DNA of 64,000 nucleotides from Eledone cirrhosa (GCA_964016885.1 OZ024741.1:86490001-86554000); one strand, 5' to 3'. Numbered from the stretch's first letter, positions 1 through 13,614 are shown. Made by a program: numbers and translations. Notes: generated by a model not told the origin, from the sequence alone.

Positions 1-152
1 TCTCCCAGGTGAAAAATAATGACCAGGTAAAACCACCAACTGCAACTCCACCATAAGAAGAAAATTCCAAATTCTGGTTATCAATACCATCAATCATGGG
101 GCAGAGCACTTTGGTAGGATCTTTATGGATTTGAGCTAAAAGTGGGACAAGC
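1..152 (-). CDS. GALNT: GALNT catalytic-domain exon 4b (duplicate of exon 4a; runs off the window)
   Basis: Acceptor ttctttAG at 154-153, phase 2. Translates (W)LVPLLAQIHKDPTKVLCPMIDGIDNQNLEFSSYGGVAVGGFTWSLFFTWE, the GT27 segment WxxPLL...CPxID...GGFxW. Confidence 0.85.
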
Positions 153-1045
153 CTAAAGAAAGCACAGAAATCAAACATGAAAACAAATAAAAAAATTACT
201 GTAAAAAGTAAAATATTAATATATTAGTGTGTTTAGTAAAGGTTTTATGATACAAAATATGGCAAACATGAAAGGAATGAAAAGCTTTTTAAAAAAAAAT
301 CAATGTTAAAAGGGAGTCATAATTACGCCTTTACCATGAAAATATAATAGTATATATAGAGTAATGTGAATGCTAAAGGGTTAATGAGTCATCATTTTTG
401 TGACATATCTTAATGAGAGTCATACTTATTGTCGTCATCATCATCATCCTTTTCTGTCTGCTTTTCCATGTTTGCATGGTTTTTCCCAGCACAGCTTCCC
501 TCAAATTGTTGCCTTCCTTCATCTTCTCTTCTGTGAGGTTCTGCAATTTGAGACCAGTTCTCACCACTTCTGCCTAGGTCTTCCTCTACTATATCTTCTT
601 CACTCAATGATGCTATGCATCATGTGACAATACCTATGCAAACTTCTCTTTTACACACAACATCTGATTCCACTAATACTTGTTTTTCTTTGCTGCGGGT
701 TTTTCTTCTTTTTCTTATGCAGAAACTTAAGCTTTGACATGCAACCACTACGGATGGAAAAGGTTGGTGCACACCATGTCATGATGGCTTATTAAGACTC
801 AAACTATCAAAAATAAAAGACCCAGGTGTAGAGATCAAGTGACACTCTGATAGACAACTTTTCAACATCTACTCCAAACTCTACTCAAGAACACTGCCCA
901 ACATTGCCCTGATCACCAAATTTTAGTATGCAAAAGACAATTTTTCACCAGCACATACATATAAGGAGATGTAACAGTTAATTAATAACTGATCTGACTA
1001 TCAGCATAAAGAAAACCAAAATTTTCACACAACCTACTTCAAGGA

Positions 1046-1052
1046 CAAATAC

Positions 1053-1120
<68 letters not shown>
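1046..1120. repeat. (TA)n microsatellite
   Basis: About 35 TA units, seen directly. Confidence 0.95.
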
Positions 1121-1123
<3 letters not shown>

Positions 1124-1613
1124 TAAACGGAATAGAAAATGCTGACAAATTGTTCACAGTTGAAAAATGGTTTAATTAGGAGTAAAAGAGTATTAGTGAT
1201 TGTATGGGTTAGTATTCAGTTGTGGTTTTAAGTTTTTAAGTTTTTACCGGTTGCGCATTTCTAAATGCTTTTCAAAAATAATTTTGAGATAGAGTGTCCG
1301 TGTTGTTTGCTCTGATCTGATTAGTTTGGGGAATTCTACCTGTTTTTATGTTAAAAAAGTGGCTCCAGCGTTACTTTGGTGTTGCAAAAATTCTTGTGGT
1401 CAAAACAATTTTGATTGGTCGGTAGAGGTCATGTGAATGTAAAAAATTGATTTTGCGCCAAGACTGTTTTTATGTTAAAAAAGTGGCTCCAGCGCTACTT
1501 GGTGTTTGCAAAATTCTTGTGGTCAAAACAATTTTGATTGGTCGGTAGAGGTCATGTGAATAAAAAAATTGGTTTTGCGCCAAGATTGAGAAATGACTCT
1601 TTCACAACAAATA

Positions 1614-1645
<32 letters not shown>

Positions 1646-2606
1646 GCAGAGTAATTCGTGGTAGCAGGGATGGTCAGTAAGAATGTGTCTGAAAGCAATG
1701 GGGGGTATTTTAGCATGTCAATCGAATAATGTACACCATTTTACCAGGGGGGAAAAAAATACTGGTCCACCCACACACACACACACATACACATGCGTAC
1801 ATTAACATACAAAGAGACTTATACACACACACACACACACACGCACTTCTCCGTATAAGACAAAAGCTGAAAAATATCTTTTGACATGCTAAAATACCCC
1901 CATTGCTTTCAGACACATTCTTACTGACCATCCCTGCTACCACGAATTACTCTGCTATATACACACACACACACACACACACTTATCTTAATAGCCATTT
2001 GACACACATCCCTGCTAACCATTATCACAACATCGAACACCTTACAACTACTACACACACACACACACACACACACACATATTTGTTGTGAAAGAGTCAT
2101 TTCTCAATCTTGGCGCAAAACCAATTTTTTATTCACATGACCTCTACCGACCAATCAAAATTGTTTTGACCACAAGAATTTTGCAAACACCAAGTAGCGC
2201 TGGAGCCACTTTTTTAACATAAAAAGTCTTGGCGCAAAACCAATTTTTTACATTCACATGACCTCTACCGACCAATCAAAATTGTTTTGACCACAAGAAT
2301 TTTTGCAACACCAAAGTAACGCTGGAGCCACTTTTTTAACATAAAAACAGGTAGAATTCCCCAAACTAATCAGATCAGAGCAAACAACACGGACACTCTA
2401 TCTCAAAATTATTTTTGAAAAGCATTTAGAAATGCGCAACCGGTAAAAACTTAAAAACTTAAAACCTAAAACTTAAAAACTTAAAACCTAAAACTAAAAC
2501 TTAAAAACTGAATACTAACCCATACAATCACTAATACTCTTTTACTCCTAATTAAACCATTTTTCAACTGTGAACAATTTGTCAGCATTTTCTATTCCGT
2601 TTACCA
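1121..2606. repeat. Long inverted repeat / foldback (arms ~1121-1721 and ~1881-2606)
   Basis: tggtaaacggaatagaaaatgctgac at 1121 is the reverse complement of gtcagcattttctattccgtttacca ending at 2606. The arms are near-identical, each has an internal ~110 bp tandem duplication, and the spacer is ~160 bp. Confidence 0.95.
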
Positions 2607-2910
2607 ATATATAATAACTTGTGTGTTACACCTCTATTCTTTTAACTATATATATATATACATATATATACTTAGGCATACCTACATACGAACACACAAA
2701 TACATATTTATACACAGACACACACAAATACAAACATAAACATACACTCAAGTAAACACATATAGATACAGACATCATCATTTAATGTCCATTTTTTCTG
2801 TGAGCAAGTGTCCAAGTATATGTATTCGGAACTGTTTTTAGCTTAGTTTCTATGACACCACATTAAAGCATAGGCAGGGTGCTTTGTCGTGTCCACATTA
2901 CGACCAAGTT

Positions 2911-2953
<43 letters not shown>

Positions 2954-3169
2954 CAAGTATAATAGATAGTTTGATATATTCCCCCAAATGGCTGACTGAA
3001 CACAAACATGCTTTTTCTTTAAAAAATTTCTTCATTTATTTCTCATTTTATCTTCTGATGAAAGACTAACATCTGAAACCTTAAGACTCTTTTCCTACTA
3101 TTAAACTAATATATATCTTCATTGCACTGCATTATTTGCTTTGTTGTTTTCTGTTTACTTATGAACTGC

Positions 3170-3590
3170 TGTTCATCATAGTTCTCCAGGCCTTAACAGA
3201 GTAAAATGGGCGGTCCATGGGGAATTCTCTAGGCAGATGATTTGGTCCTTATTTCCGAAACCAAAAAAGAACTGGAAAATAAGTCCCGATTATGGAAACT
3301 GAATTTCGAATCAAACGGTCTGAGAGTCAACTTAGCCAAAACTAAAGTGCTAGGGAGTAGGGAAGAAGAAAGGACCCTGATTCTTTTCAGGAAGTGGCGC
3401 TGCTCAATATGTAGAAAAGGAGTAGGCATAAACTCCATACAATGTACACCCTGTAAATCTTGGGTACACAAAAGATGAAGTGGGATAACGAGTAGACTAA
3501 CAGGAAGGGAGGACTTTGTATGTAGAAGATGCAGAGGAGTAATCAAGAGGAAAAATGCCAGTGATATAAACCTTTTCCAGTCACATACCT
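3170..3590 (+). mobile_element. RTE LINE fragment (RT C-terminal part with Cys-rich finger)
   Basis: ORF 3242-3478 contains LRVNLAKTKVL...CSICRKGVGINSIQCTPCKSWVHKR, homologous to the larger RTE copies in this window. Confidence 0.85.
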
Positions 3591-3914
3591 TCACTCTTTT
3601 CTTCTATTATTCCTTGTTCTACTACTACTATGTCATATTACTCCCCACCTCACTAAGCCCATTCAATCTACCCCTTCAATCATACTCTTGCACCCTTCAT
3701 CCACTCAGCCTGGTTTCTCTTCTATCATTGCTCTCCTTTTCAACCCCATGGTTACATTGTCTTGAATGAACAGTGCTGGTGCCAGTACTGCGCAAACAGT
3801 ACATTCTAAAACATGGTTAGCAAATGAGTGGAGATAATACAAAGACATATATATATATATATCATCATCATCATCATGTATATATATATGGTACAGAACA
3901 CTGAGTTAATATAA

Positions 3915-4325
3915 TCCCTTCTTCTTTGCCCACTTATTCCTGGGAGCGTCATGGGGACAGTGTCCTCAAACAGAATCCAGCGGGTCCTGTCAGAATCAAC
4001 TGTCTCCAATTGATCCAGCTGAATCCCCAAGAAAGACCAGCTGAGCTCATGGATGTTGTCCAGCTATTTGCTCGGGGTCTACCCCTGAGTCTCCTGCCAG
4101 TTGGTTTTGCCCCCAAAATCTCTTCTGTGATTCTTTCCTGAGACATTCTAACCACATACCCTTAGTATCAGAGCTGTGATTTCTAAATTCGGAGAAGTAG
4201 TGGGCTACCTGGAGCGACTATCTGACCTCCGAGCTATGCACTATCAAGTAACGTTACTCTAAAGACGCTTTGGAGGAACCCCATTTTGGCCGCTTGTATT
4301 CGCAATCTTATTCTTTAGGTCATTA
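3915..4325 (-). mobile_element. 3' fragment of a second, degraded RTE-clade LINE family
   Basis: AKPTGRRLRGRPR C-terminal motif; related pieces lie at ~11140-11760, 12130-12710, 21285-21430, 28240-29200 and 37410-37610. Confidence 0.7.
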
Positions 4326-5214
4326 ATGATAATCTCGACAATTTTTAATAGAATGCAGCCATAGTGCTGTTTTGTACTTTTCTAGTCTTGCTAATGTGGT
4401 TTCATGAGGTACAGGATGTTACGAGTTAATAGCAAATAGATTTTTAAAAATTGCTATAATATAATATACCTTTGTGCTAATAACAACATTAAACATAAAC
4501 TATTATATTCTACAAATAGTAATTATATAAAGAACAAAGAGTATAGAATTATAAGCCGTATTATAGAATCAGAGAATTCATTTTAGTTGATTCTGCAAAG
4601 TGGTCTGGGAGGTGCCACGGAAAAAAATCACCCAGCACTCACTGTAAATGAGGTTGGTGTCAGGAAGGGCATCCAGCTGTAGAAATCAAGCCAGAATCAG
4701 TTTCCGTCCCACCCTTGCAAGCAGGGAAAAGCGGACATAGAATGATGATGATGATGATAGAAACATTTAGCTATGAACAAAGCCTACTGGAATTTATATA
4801 TAACTGAAAGAATTACAGTTATAAATTGATAAATTTTCTTATCAATGATAACGAAATAGAAAAAGAAAAGAGAATACAAAATTTAGGTATGCACACTAAA
4901 ACACATACGCATAGATGTACAAATTATTTACAAAACAAACATGTATGTAAAAATTGTATAGAGTCATTAGTTAAAAGAGACTGGTATGCATGGGTGACTG
5001 CTGGTCTTCCACAAACAGCCTTGCCTGAACTTGTGCCTCTGGGTGCAAATCCCATGGTCATTCGTGACCGAAGTGGGTTTTTACCATTAGTTAAAATCAA
5101 TATTTATACAGGCCTTTACCCCTTCCCCCTACACACATACATCTCCACCCCAAACATATGTACAGCTGACTAAACATGTGCACAAAAATATATATGTATA
5201 AAAAAATTGTTTAA

Positions 5215-5412
5215 CCCTTTAGCATTTAAACCGGTCGTATCTGGCCAGAATTCTCTCGTCTTTCTGTTCAAAATGGCTGTGACTGGCCGCTCATACTGAT
5301 GTTAAGGTATTGTTCTCAAAATAAATAACATCAAAATCTCATAGATTCATGAGGTAAAGCCTTTACCACAAAAATACAATAGTATATATAGAGTAATGTA
5401 AATGCTAAAGGG
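5215..5412. mobile_element. piggyBac-type MITE (~200-225 bp)
   Basis: TTAA|CCCTTTAGCATTT...AAATGCTAAAGGG|TTAA, i.e. terminal inverted repeats with a TTAA TSD. Confidence 0.8.
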
Positions 5413-6419
5413 TTAATAAAGGTATTTTAAAATATATAATTTGAAAGGGCTTTTTGTGGCTATATCGTTTAGTAAAAGACAAGACATTCCACAAAGTGTT
5501 CAAATATGTCCTTTAAATTCCATATATCAAAAGATGAAGAAGTAACTCATATTCTATTAAAGTTTCTAAATGAATAAATATGTTAGTGATATCTTTTTCA
5601 AATTGGTTAGCCTATATATGAGAAAGAAGACCAATTATATTAAACAATAGTGCCATACAGACTAGTTCTTTGGCTTAGTAATTCTCTTGAGAAGAGATAT
5701 AATTGGTACAAGTAGAAGTAAAATTACCAAGTTTATTTGGTTGGATATTAAATAATTTGATATGGTTAGCAATAGCAATGGTGAAAGCAAAATTGTATGT
5801 AGTAAAGTAGGAGATATTGATACTGTTTTTATTACAGAGTTTGTAGTATTATGGTTGGGAGGAGTGATTATACAAAAGTTTGAAAACATTTTTTACATAT
5901 ATTTACATGTGCATGTATACACAGACATACATGCATACATATATATATATATATATATTTATATACATACACACCTCACTCGAGGCAATGTTTTTCCATC
6001 TGACCCATGCTAGCGTGGAAGAATGGATGTAAAACGTTGATGATGACATATAGATAGATTTACAAATGTACATACATATATATATATGTATGGAACCATA
6101 ACACCTGATGGAGTTTTGGGATGCTATATTGACATATAATGTTTCTTGAGCATTTTAAAACCTGGCAGAGCCCATCTCCCCTCCAAATCAGAAGATTTCT
6201 TCCAGAGAAGGAAAGAGAGTGAGAAATAGATATAGAAGAAGAATCAACCCCAGTACTAGACTGGTATTTTTTTTTATCAACCTCGAAAGGATGAAAAGTA
6301 AAGTTTACCTCAGTGGAGTAGAACGCAGAAAGCCTGAATGTATACTCCAAAGTATTCTATCTCCAACGTTCTAACAACTCTGACAACTCACCTATATACA
6401 TGTATATCTATATATATAA

Positions 6420-7420
6420 TCATCATCATAATTTTTACGTCTGTTTTTCCACGCTTGCATGGGTTGGATGGGTCCTGCTCAACACAGTATCTCTCCACTC
6501 GCTGTGTTCCTTCGTCATCTCCTCTGTGAGTCTCTGCAATTTAAGATCAGCTCTCACCACCTCTGCCCAGGTCTTGCTTGGTCTACCTCTACTGAGGTTT
6601 CCTTCCACTGAGATTTCCTGGCACTTCTTCATCCAGCGATGATCATCCATGTGCATCACATATCTGTATGAAAGCAGTCTTCTCTCTTGCACACCACTTT
6701 AGATTCCTCTTAACCCAGTTTTTGTCTCAGTTCATCCAAGTTCTGCCTTTTTCTCACATATAGCACATCCAACAAAGCAAAGCTGCTTCATTTCTCTCCA
6801 GTCTACACATATCCCCTGCAGTCACTGCCCATATTTTACTACCATGTAGCATCACACTTTGCACAGTGTTACACAGTCATCCTTTTGTACACAGGGAGAA
6901 ACCTTTTGTTGTCAACAGTGGGAGTAACTCTCTAAATTCTTTCCATCCTATCCTTATTCTATCTATTATGTGCTCAGAGCACCCTCATTCACTGCTAATT
7001 AAGTCACCTAGATAGCAAAGGCTATCAACCACTTCTATGGATCCTTCATGTGATTAGAAAAGGTTTATATCACTGATGCTCTTCCCCTTGATTACCCCTG
7101 TCATCTTTTACATACAAAATCTTCTTTTACTGTTAGTTTACTTGATATCCCTCTACATTTCTTGTGTTTCCAAATTTACATTGTGTACATTGTATGGAGA
7201 TTATGTCTACTCCCTTTCTACATATTGAGCAGAGACACTTCTCTGGGGGAATCAGGGTCCTATCTTCTTTCCTACTCATTAGCACTTTAGTTTTGACTAA
7301 GTTTACTCTTAGACCTTTTGATTCCAAATTCTGTTTCCATAGTCAGAACATATTCTCTAGTTTTTTTATGGATTCAACTATTAGGACTAGATCATCTTCA
7401 TAGAGATGTTCCCATGGATA
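6420..7420 (-). mobile_element. Degraded 5'-truncated RTE LINE
   Basis: ORF fragments 6435-6692 and 7133-7327 match the RTE C-terminus; (ATG)n tail. Confidence 0.85.
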
Positions 7421-8102
7421 CACACACACACACATACACACATATATCACCATCATCATCATTTTAACATCCGCTTTCCCTGCTAGCAAGAGTTGGACGG
7501 GTCTACATAGACCAAGTCAGTACTGAAGCAAAGCAACTGATCTCCCAGGCAGGTCAGGGATCTGCATCTCACTTTATGTGTGGTCGATGCTCCACCATAT
7601 GCACAGGAGAAGTTGTCATGTCTTTGACACAACTGAGGGTCCTCCCAACCCTTTTGTTTCGCAAGATTTCTACGACTGGATACCACCCTTCCCATCACCA
7701 ACCACTTTACAGTGTGTACAGGGTGTGTTTATCATGTAGATCACCAACACTAAGGAGGCTGTCATGTCCTTGACATGATTGAAGAGTTCTACCAGCTCTT
7801 TGTTTGGCCCCCATGGCCGAATGTCCTTCCAATCACCAAATGCTTCACAGCAGTGGGCATGCATGGTGGGGTTGAAGTAGTGATGTTAAGGATAACTGTT
7901 GGGGAGTGCTAGTAGAGGCAGGGGCATGGGTGTAGGTCAGGTCATGTATGCTGTAGGTTAGGTCTTCCTCAGCACTGCATAGCACCAGTCCTCGCAGTCA
8001 TTAGTCATTTCTGTTGTGGTCTTGTTTCATAAAACCAGAGAGAGTTTTGAGTTGGTATTAAAAGTGTTGAACATACAGATCTACTTCAGTATACTGAATT
8101 AA

Positions 8103-8322
8103 CCATTTAGCATTTACATTATTCTATGTATACTATTGTATTTTTGTGGTAAATGCTTTATCTCATATAATTATCTCACATAATATCAAATCTATGAGAT
8201 TTTGATATTATTTATTTTGAGAACAAAACCGTAACATCAGTATGAGTGGCCAGTTAAGCCAGTTTGAACAGAAAAAGGTGAGAGAATTCTGGCTGGATAT
8301 GACCGGTTGAAATGCTAACGGG
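8103..8322. mobile_element. piggyBac-type MITE copy
   Basis: TTAA-flanked, same TIRs and body as 5215-5412, opposite orientation. Confidence 0.8.
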
Positions 8323-8822
8323 TTAAATTCAATCAGTTTTCTACTTGAGAAAATAAAGTTTCTTTATATACAGTTGTGAAAAATACAATTCCTACAATGA
8401 ACAATATGAAGCAAAATAAACACAAACACAGAATGCATACATGGTCCCGTAACTCCCGAGGGAATCGTAGAGGTGCCATATTGACATACATTTCTAGGGC
8501 ATTTTTAAACCTGGCAAAACCCATCTCTTCTCCAGGTCTAATTGGCCACCTAAATACAGAATAGTTATTCTTAAACTCATGTTGAAGATTAAGCAAAGAA
8601 TAATACATGGGTTTTTTTTGGTATGGTTATAATTAGATACCATAACAAAAGAAAATAATAAATAAATGCAAAACCACTAATAAGCTTGAAGCAATATCAT
8701 TTCCCCTATACAAAGAATTAAAGCAATTATCAAACAGGGTTCAAATAAAAATTTTGATATGAAAACTCCTGCAAAGCCTGAAGCAATATTATTGTCCCTA
8801 TACATAGAATGAAAGCAATTAC

Positions 8823-9014
8823 CGAACAGGTTTCACATCAAAATTTTGATATCCAGAAATTTTTTGCCAAGTAAAGTGCAAATTCCACCCAAAACCTCCA
8901 ACAACATAACTGCCAGTCGAGCCATATGACATGGTCGCAAAATTAATGTTATCAATTTCTGGACAGACTACTGTTGTTGAATTAGTTTTAATTCGTGAGA
9001 GCAGAGGTTCTATC
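8823..9014 (-). CDS. GALNT: GALNT exon 4a
   Basis: ctacAG acceptor (9016-9015) and GTAATT donor (8822); phase 2-2, 192 nt. (W)IEPLLSRIKTNSTTVVCPEIDNIN...GGFGWNLHFTW...KPVR, in frame with exon 3. Confidence 0.9.
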
Positions 9015-10852
9015 CTGTAGAATAATATAATCATTATAAATTCAACAGACAAAAAGGAAAAATCAACGAAAGATGACACGTATCAGGGTTGGCACACTTA
9101 ATGTTGGCACTCTGAAAGGTAGATCTGGTGAGATAGTAGAGATGCTAGAGAGAAAACATGTGGATGTGTGCTCTGTGCATGAGATGAGATGGAGAGGTGC
9201 CTCAGTAAGGCAAATCACAGGCAAACAGCTTAGCTATAAGATTTTCTGAGTTGGAAACAATGATGGGATAGGTGGGGTTGGCATTTTACTGGGGAAGAAT
9301 GTATCCCGCAACATAGGTTAGTTGTTAGTGACATCTCAATAAGCAAGAGACAGAATGAGACACAGGAAGGTATAAAAAAGGAAGGTCTGGAAGCTAAAGG
9401 ACCTTTCATTTAAATGATGATGAAAGGCTGTGATAAATGGAGAGATGCTGTGCTGAAGAGAACCCGTCCTATCCTTGCAAGCAGGGAAAAGCAGACGTAA
9501 AATGATGATGATATTTAAAGAGAAAGAATATTCGTTTTAATAAAAGAAAAAGCTGGAGAAAATAACGATTTCTAATTTTGACACAAGGCCAGCAATTTAA
9601 GGGAAGGGAAAGTCAATTATATTGACCCTCCTCCCCAGTACTTAACTGGTACTGTATTTTATTGACCTCAGTGGGATTTGAACTCAATAAAGAGATTGAA
9701 CAAATTCTGCAATGCATTCATCCAATACTCTAATGATTTTACAAAGCTGGAGAAAATAATGTAAGAGACATTATTTCAGAGCAATGTGATAGTGTTTCAC
9801 AGCAATTATAATGCATCTTTTCCATTTAACCATTCTGTGACCATTTTTTTTTTTTTTATGAAATACATTATTTCAATTAATTAAGAATTTTGAAGTATTT
9901 ACTAAAATTGATAATTATTTTATTACTAAGATGGTAACTTAACATATGGTTCTTAAATAAATTCATGCTGGAAGATTTTAATTTTTAAATTCTGTGGCTT
10001 GGTTTCCTAGAACCAAAGCTGGGTCTAGCTAAATTGATATCAAAAGGATTAAAAACAGAAAAGATGAGTGGATAGATAGATAAACTAAAAAATAGGATTG
10101 GAAGTATTTCAGGTATGAAGATGGAATGATAAAATAAAATATGTTTAATACATTCATAAGTGGTATATCACAGTACACTGGAAGGTCTATTTGACATGAT
10201 TTCAAAAGCATTTTTTATAAACATTAAAAACAAGATTGGTTGACATACAAATCAATGGGAAATTTAAAATTTTAAAATATAGTAACCCCAATGCAGATAA
10301 CTAAAAAGACAGTTAAATAAATCATGAAAGATACTTTGGTGTAATGGTAAAATATGCTTGCTCAGTACATGAGATATGTGTGGTTTGATTACCCACAGGT
10401 GTCTCTATCCATTTTTTTTCCAGGTGACATATTCAACTGTTATTATAATTATCTGGGACGATCACTGGGTAATTGCTGGCCTTGTGCCCCAAGTAGAAAC
10501 AATTATAATTATCTGGGACACCATGCTTTCTAGCATAGTTACGTCCCTTTACGGTCTGAGTTCAAATCCCGCCGAGGTTAACTTTGCCTTTCATCCTTAC
10601 GGGTGGATAAAATAAAGTACCAGTAATGTACTGGGTAATTGCTGGCCTTGTACCAATAGTAGAAACAATTATAATTATCTGCATTGTGGCAACTATATTT
10701 TCAAATAATACTGTGTGTTTTCTGGTTATTTAAAAAAAATCCCAATTTTAATTCTCTTGACATAAAATATACAATTTTAATTGTGAAGAGAAAATATTTG
10801 AACACAAAACGACTGTTGATAATCAAATATTGATAAAACTATTTGTACCCAC

Positions 10853-11030
10853 CAACCAGGACTAGCTTCACAATGTGCATCCAGAAAAATAATAACATCA
10901 CCACGGGCAGCCTGGGCTCCTACAATTCTAGCTCGAATTAAACCGGCACGTTCTTTGGTCCGAACTATTCTGACAATGTTATCTGGCCATGTATTATAAA
11001 TGTATTGCTTTAATTTGTTACCAAGTTCTT
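10853..11030 (-). CDS. GALNT: GALNT exon 3 (contains the DxH metal-binding motif)
   Basis: ttttcAG acceptor and GTGGGT donor; phase 1 to 2. EELGNKLKQYIYNTWPDNIVRIVRTKERAGLIRARIVGAQAARGDVIIFLDAHCEASPGW. Confidence 0.95.
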
Positions 11031-11880
11031 CTGAAAAGTTAAAAGAATATGTTATTTGTTAAAATATAAAAATTAAAAAATCAATGGATATCAAAATTTT
11101 GTTAATATTTAATTGAAACAAAATATTAAGACACAATACAAAACTCCCTGAGCAAACTAAGAGCGTTGAGATAGAGTGGAGATTGTTCAGCTCACTAGTT
11201 TCTGCTTCGGCTGTTAAATGCTGTAGGTGAAAGAGGCTTTGTGTGGCACCAGATGGCAGGAAGATCCCTTGGATTAATCAAGGGTCAAAGATGTCATTCA
11301 AGCAAATACAGAGGCCTTCAAAGCTTGGCTTGGAAATAAGTCCTCCTTCTTGCATTTGTTGTACAAGCAGACACAAAAAATTGCAGCAGAGACAGTAAAG
11401 GATTCCAAAGTTAAAGCATAGGAGGCCTTTGGGGTTAAGCTGGAATCCAACTTCAGATCAGCAAATAATGGATTCTGGCAGACCAACTGCTGATTTTGTT
11501 ATAAGAAGTCATCCTCCACACCCACTATCAGGAACACATCTGGAGTTCTCCTCTCTGTAGAGAGGTGCATCCTCATGAGATGGGGAGAATACGAGGCTGA
11601 ATTAAGTTCAAGAATTGCAGAGCTGGTGCAGCAATGCGCCAGCTTTAGCATTCAGTAATCAGAAGGGAGGCAGGATCAGTTGGAGACAGTTGCTTCTGAC
11701 AGGACCCGCTGGAAGGAGTGTTTAAGGACTCTGCCCCAATGACCCTCTCAGGAATAAGTAGTAGTAGTAGTAGTAGTAGTGCTGCTGCTGCTACTGCTAC
11801 TACTACTACTACAGACATTAACCATCAACACTTAAAGTACTTGAAATCTACATGAAATTCTGTCTTGACCAACTAATTGG

Positions 11881-12131
11881 TGATTTTTTAATGACATATG
11901 CATCTATATCAAATATAAGCAATGATAAATACAGAGGAACTGGTGTATCCTATAACCATGTTTACACTTAAAATATAGGAAAATATCCTTGAAGATAACG
12001 AGTTTAAAGAATATTTTCTTATATATTAAATGTAAGCATGGTTATAAGATACATGAGTTACTTGTTTTTCATATCCTCTGTATCTAGACTGCTTATATTT
12101 GATATAGATGCACATATTTCATTAAAAATCA
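11881..12131. mobile_element. Palindromic MITE-like element (~250 bp hairpin)
   Basis: tgattttttaatgacatatgcatctatatcaaatataagc pairs with gcttatatttgatatagatgcacatatttcattaaaaatca; the inner arms also pair. Confidence 0.75.
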
Positions 12132-13614
12132 GTATTTGTGCCAACCCTTACCTATGGTCATGAATCTTGGGTAATGACCAAAAGAATACAATTGTGAATA
12201 CAAGCACCCGAAATTGTGTTCCTCCGAAGGGTCTTTGGAGTAATGTTACTCGAAGGAGTACGTAGCTCGGAGAATCACTCCAGGTAGAGCTGATACTTCT
12301 CTGAGTTGAGAGATCACAACTCCGATACTAAAATGTATCAGGAAAGAATCGCTGGACAGATTTTACTAGCAAAACCAACCAGCAGGAGACCCAGGGGTAG
12401 ACTTTCAACAAGATGGCTGGATAACATCCATGAGCTTGGCTGGTCTCACTTGGGGATCCAGCCGGATGATTGTTGCTTTTGACAGGACTTGCTGGAAGGA
12501 GTGTTTGAGGACTCTGCCCCCACAACCCTCTCGGGAATAAGCAAGATGGTTAGATAACATCCATGAACTCAGCTCATCTTACATGGGGATCCAGCCAGAT
12601 CAATTGGAGACAGTTGCTTATAACATGAACTGCTGGAAGGCATGCCGAAGCACTATGCCCCCATGACACTCCCAGGAATAAGTGGGTGAATAAGAAGGAA
12701 AATATCCTTTGAACAATCCCCAGTAATAGAATGTATCTATCAATTATCTATATACTGATCCTAATAGATACACTTTTACAAAGGTGCCAGTATAAAGAGG
12801 ATAAAAGACTATAAAGTTGAAATAATTTTGAAAATAAACAAGAACTTGGATGGAGTTAGTAAAATAACTAACTTTCCCAATATTGAGTTGGTGTTTGTAA
12901 CATAACAAAGATTATAACAAGAAATTCAGATGGAAGGTTTTTTTAAATATAAACAGTTTTGTATTGTAGAACCAGGGTCAGTTTCAAGGAGCTTAGTATC
13001 AAAAGGATTAAATAGGTAGACATGTTTTCACCATTCAATTATAGCTAACAAAAGTTTTATTGTTTTTAAAAAAAATTATTGTTTTAAAAGAACCATTTTC
13101 TCAAAAATAAATTTAGAGTAAATGTGCAAGAAAAAATTGTTGGCACTATGAAGGGCATCCAACTGTAGAAAACCAAGCCAAAATCAGATCATAGGAGCAA
13201 GATGTGTTCTCTCGACCTGACTAGCCTCCTAACATGATAGCTCATCTAACCCATGCATCTAACCCAGTGGCGATAATGTTGATGATGGTTTGCATTTACA
13301 ACTGAACATTCCTTAACAACTCCTCTCTCCATTTTTATTGAAATAAAAAATAAAATTTACAGATCATACCTATGCAGACTTAGCTGGCCTCCTGGAAGGA
13401 GGTTTCATGGGTGTTTTAAAGATAAGGATCCCAGTCCTACCACGAAAGACAATGCGAAATGAAACATCTTGCTTGAGAACACAATGCACTGTATACTATT
13501 CATGTTTGTGTGTGTAAATCTTAAAGAGTTACAGAGATACGTATAAATAAATATACAAACACATATGACGTAATATTAAATTTGATTGGAATAATGACAA
13601 ATGGGATGACAAAC

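Noticed and set aside
8333-8608. 91-aa ORF with a hydrophobic C-terminus downstream of exon 4a
   Set aside because: No GALNT similarity. Part of it is a dispersed repeat also seen at ~6130 and ~22050, and there is no convincing splice context.
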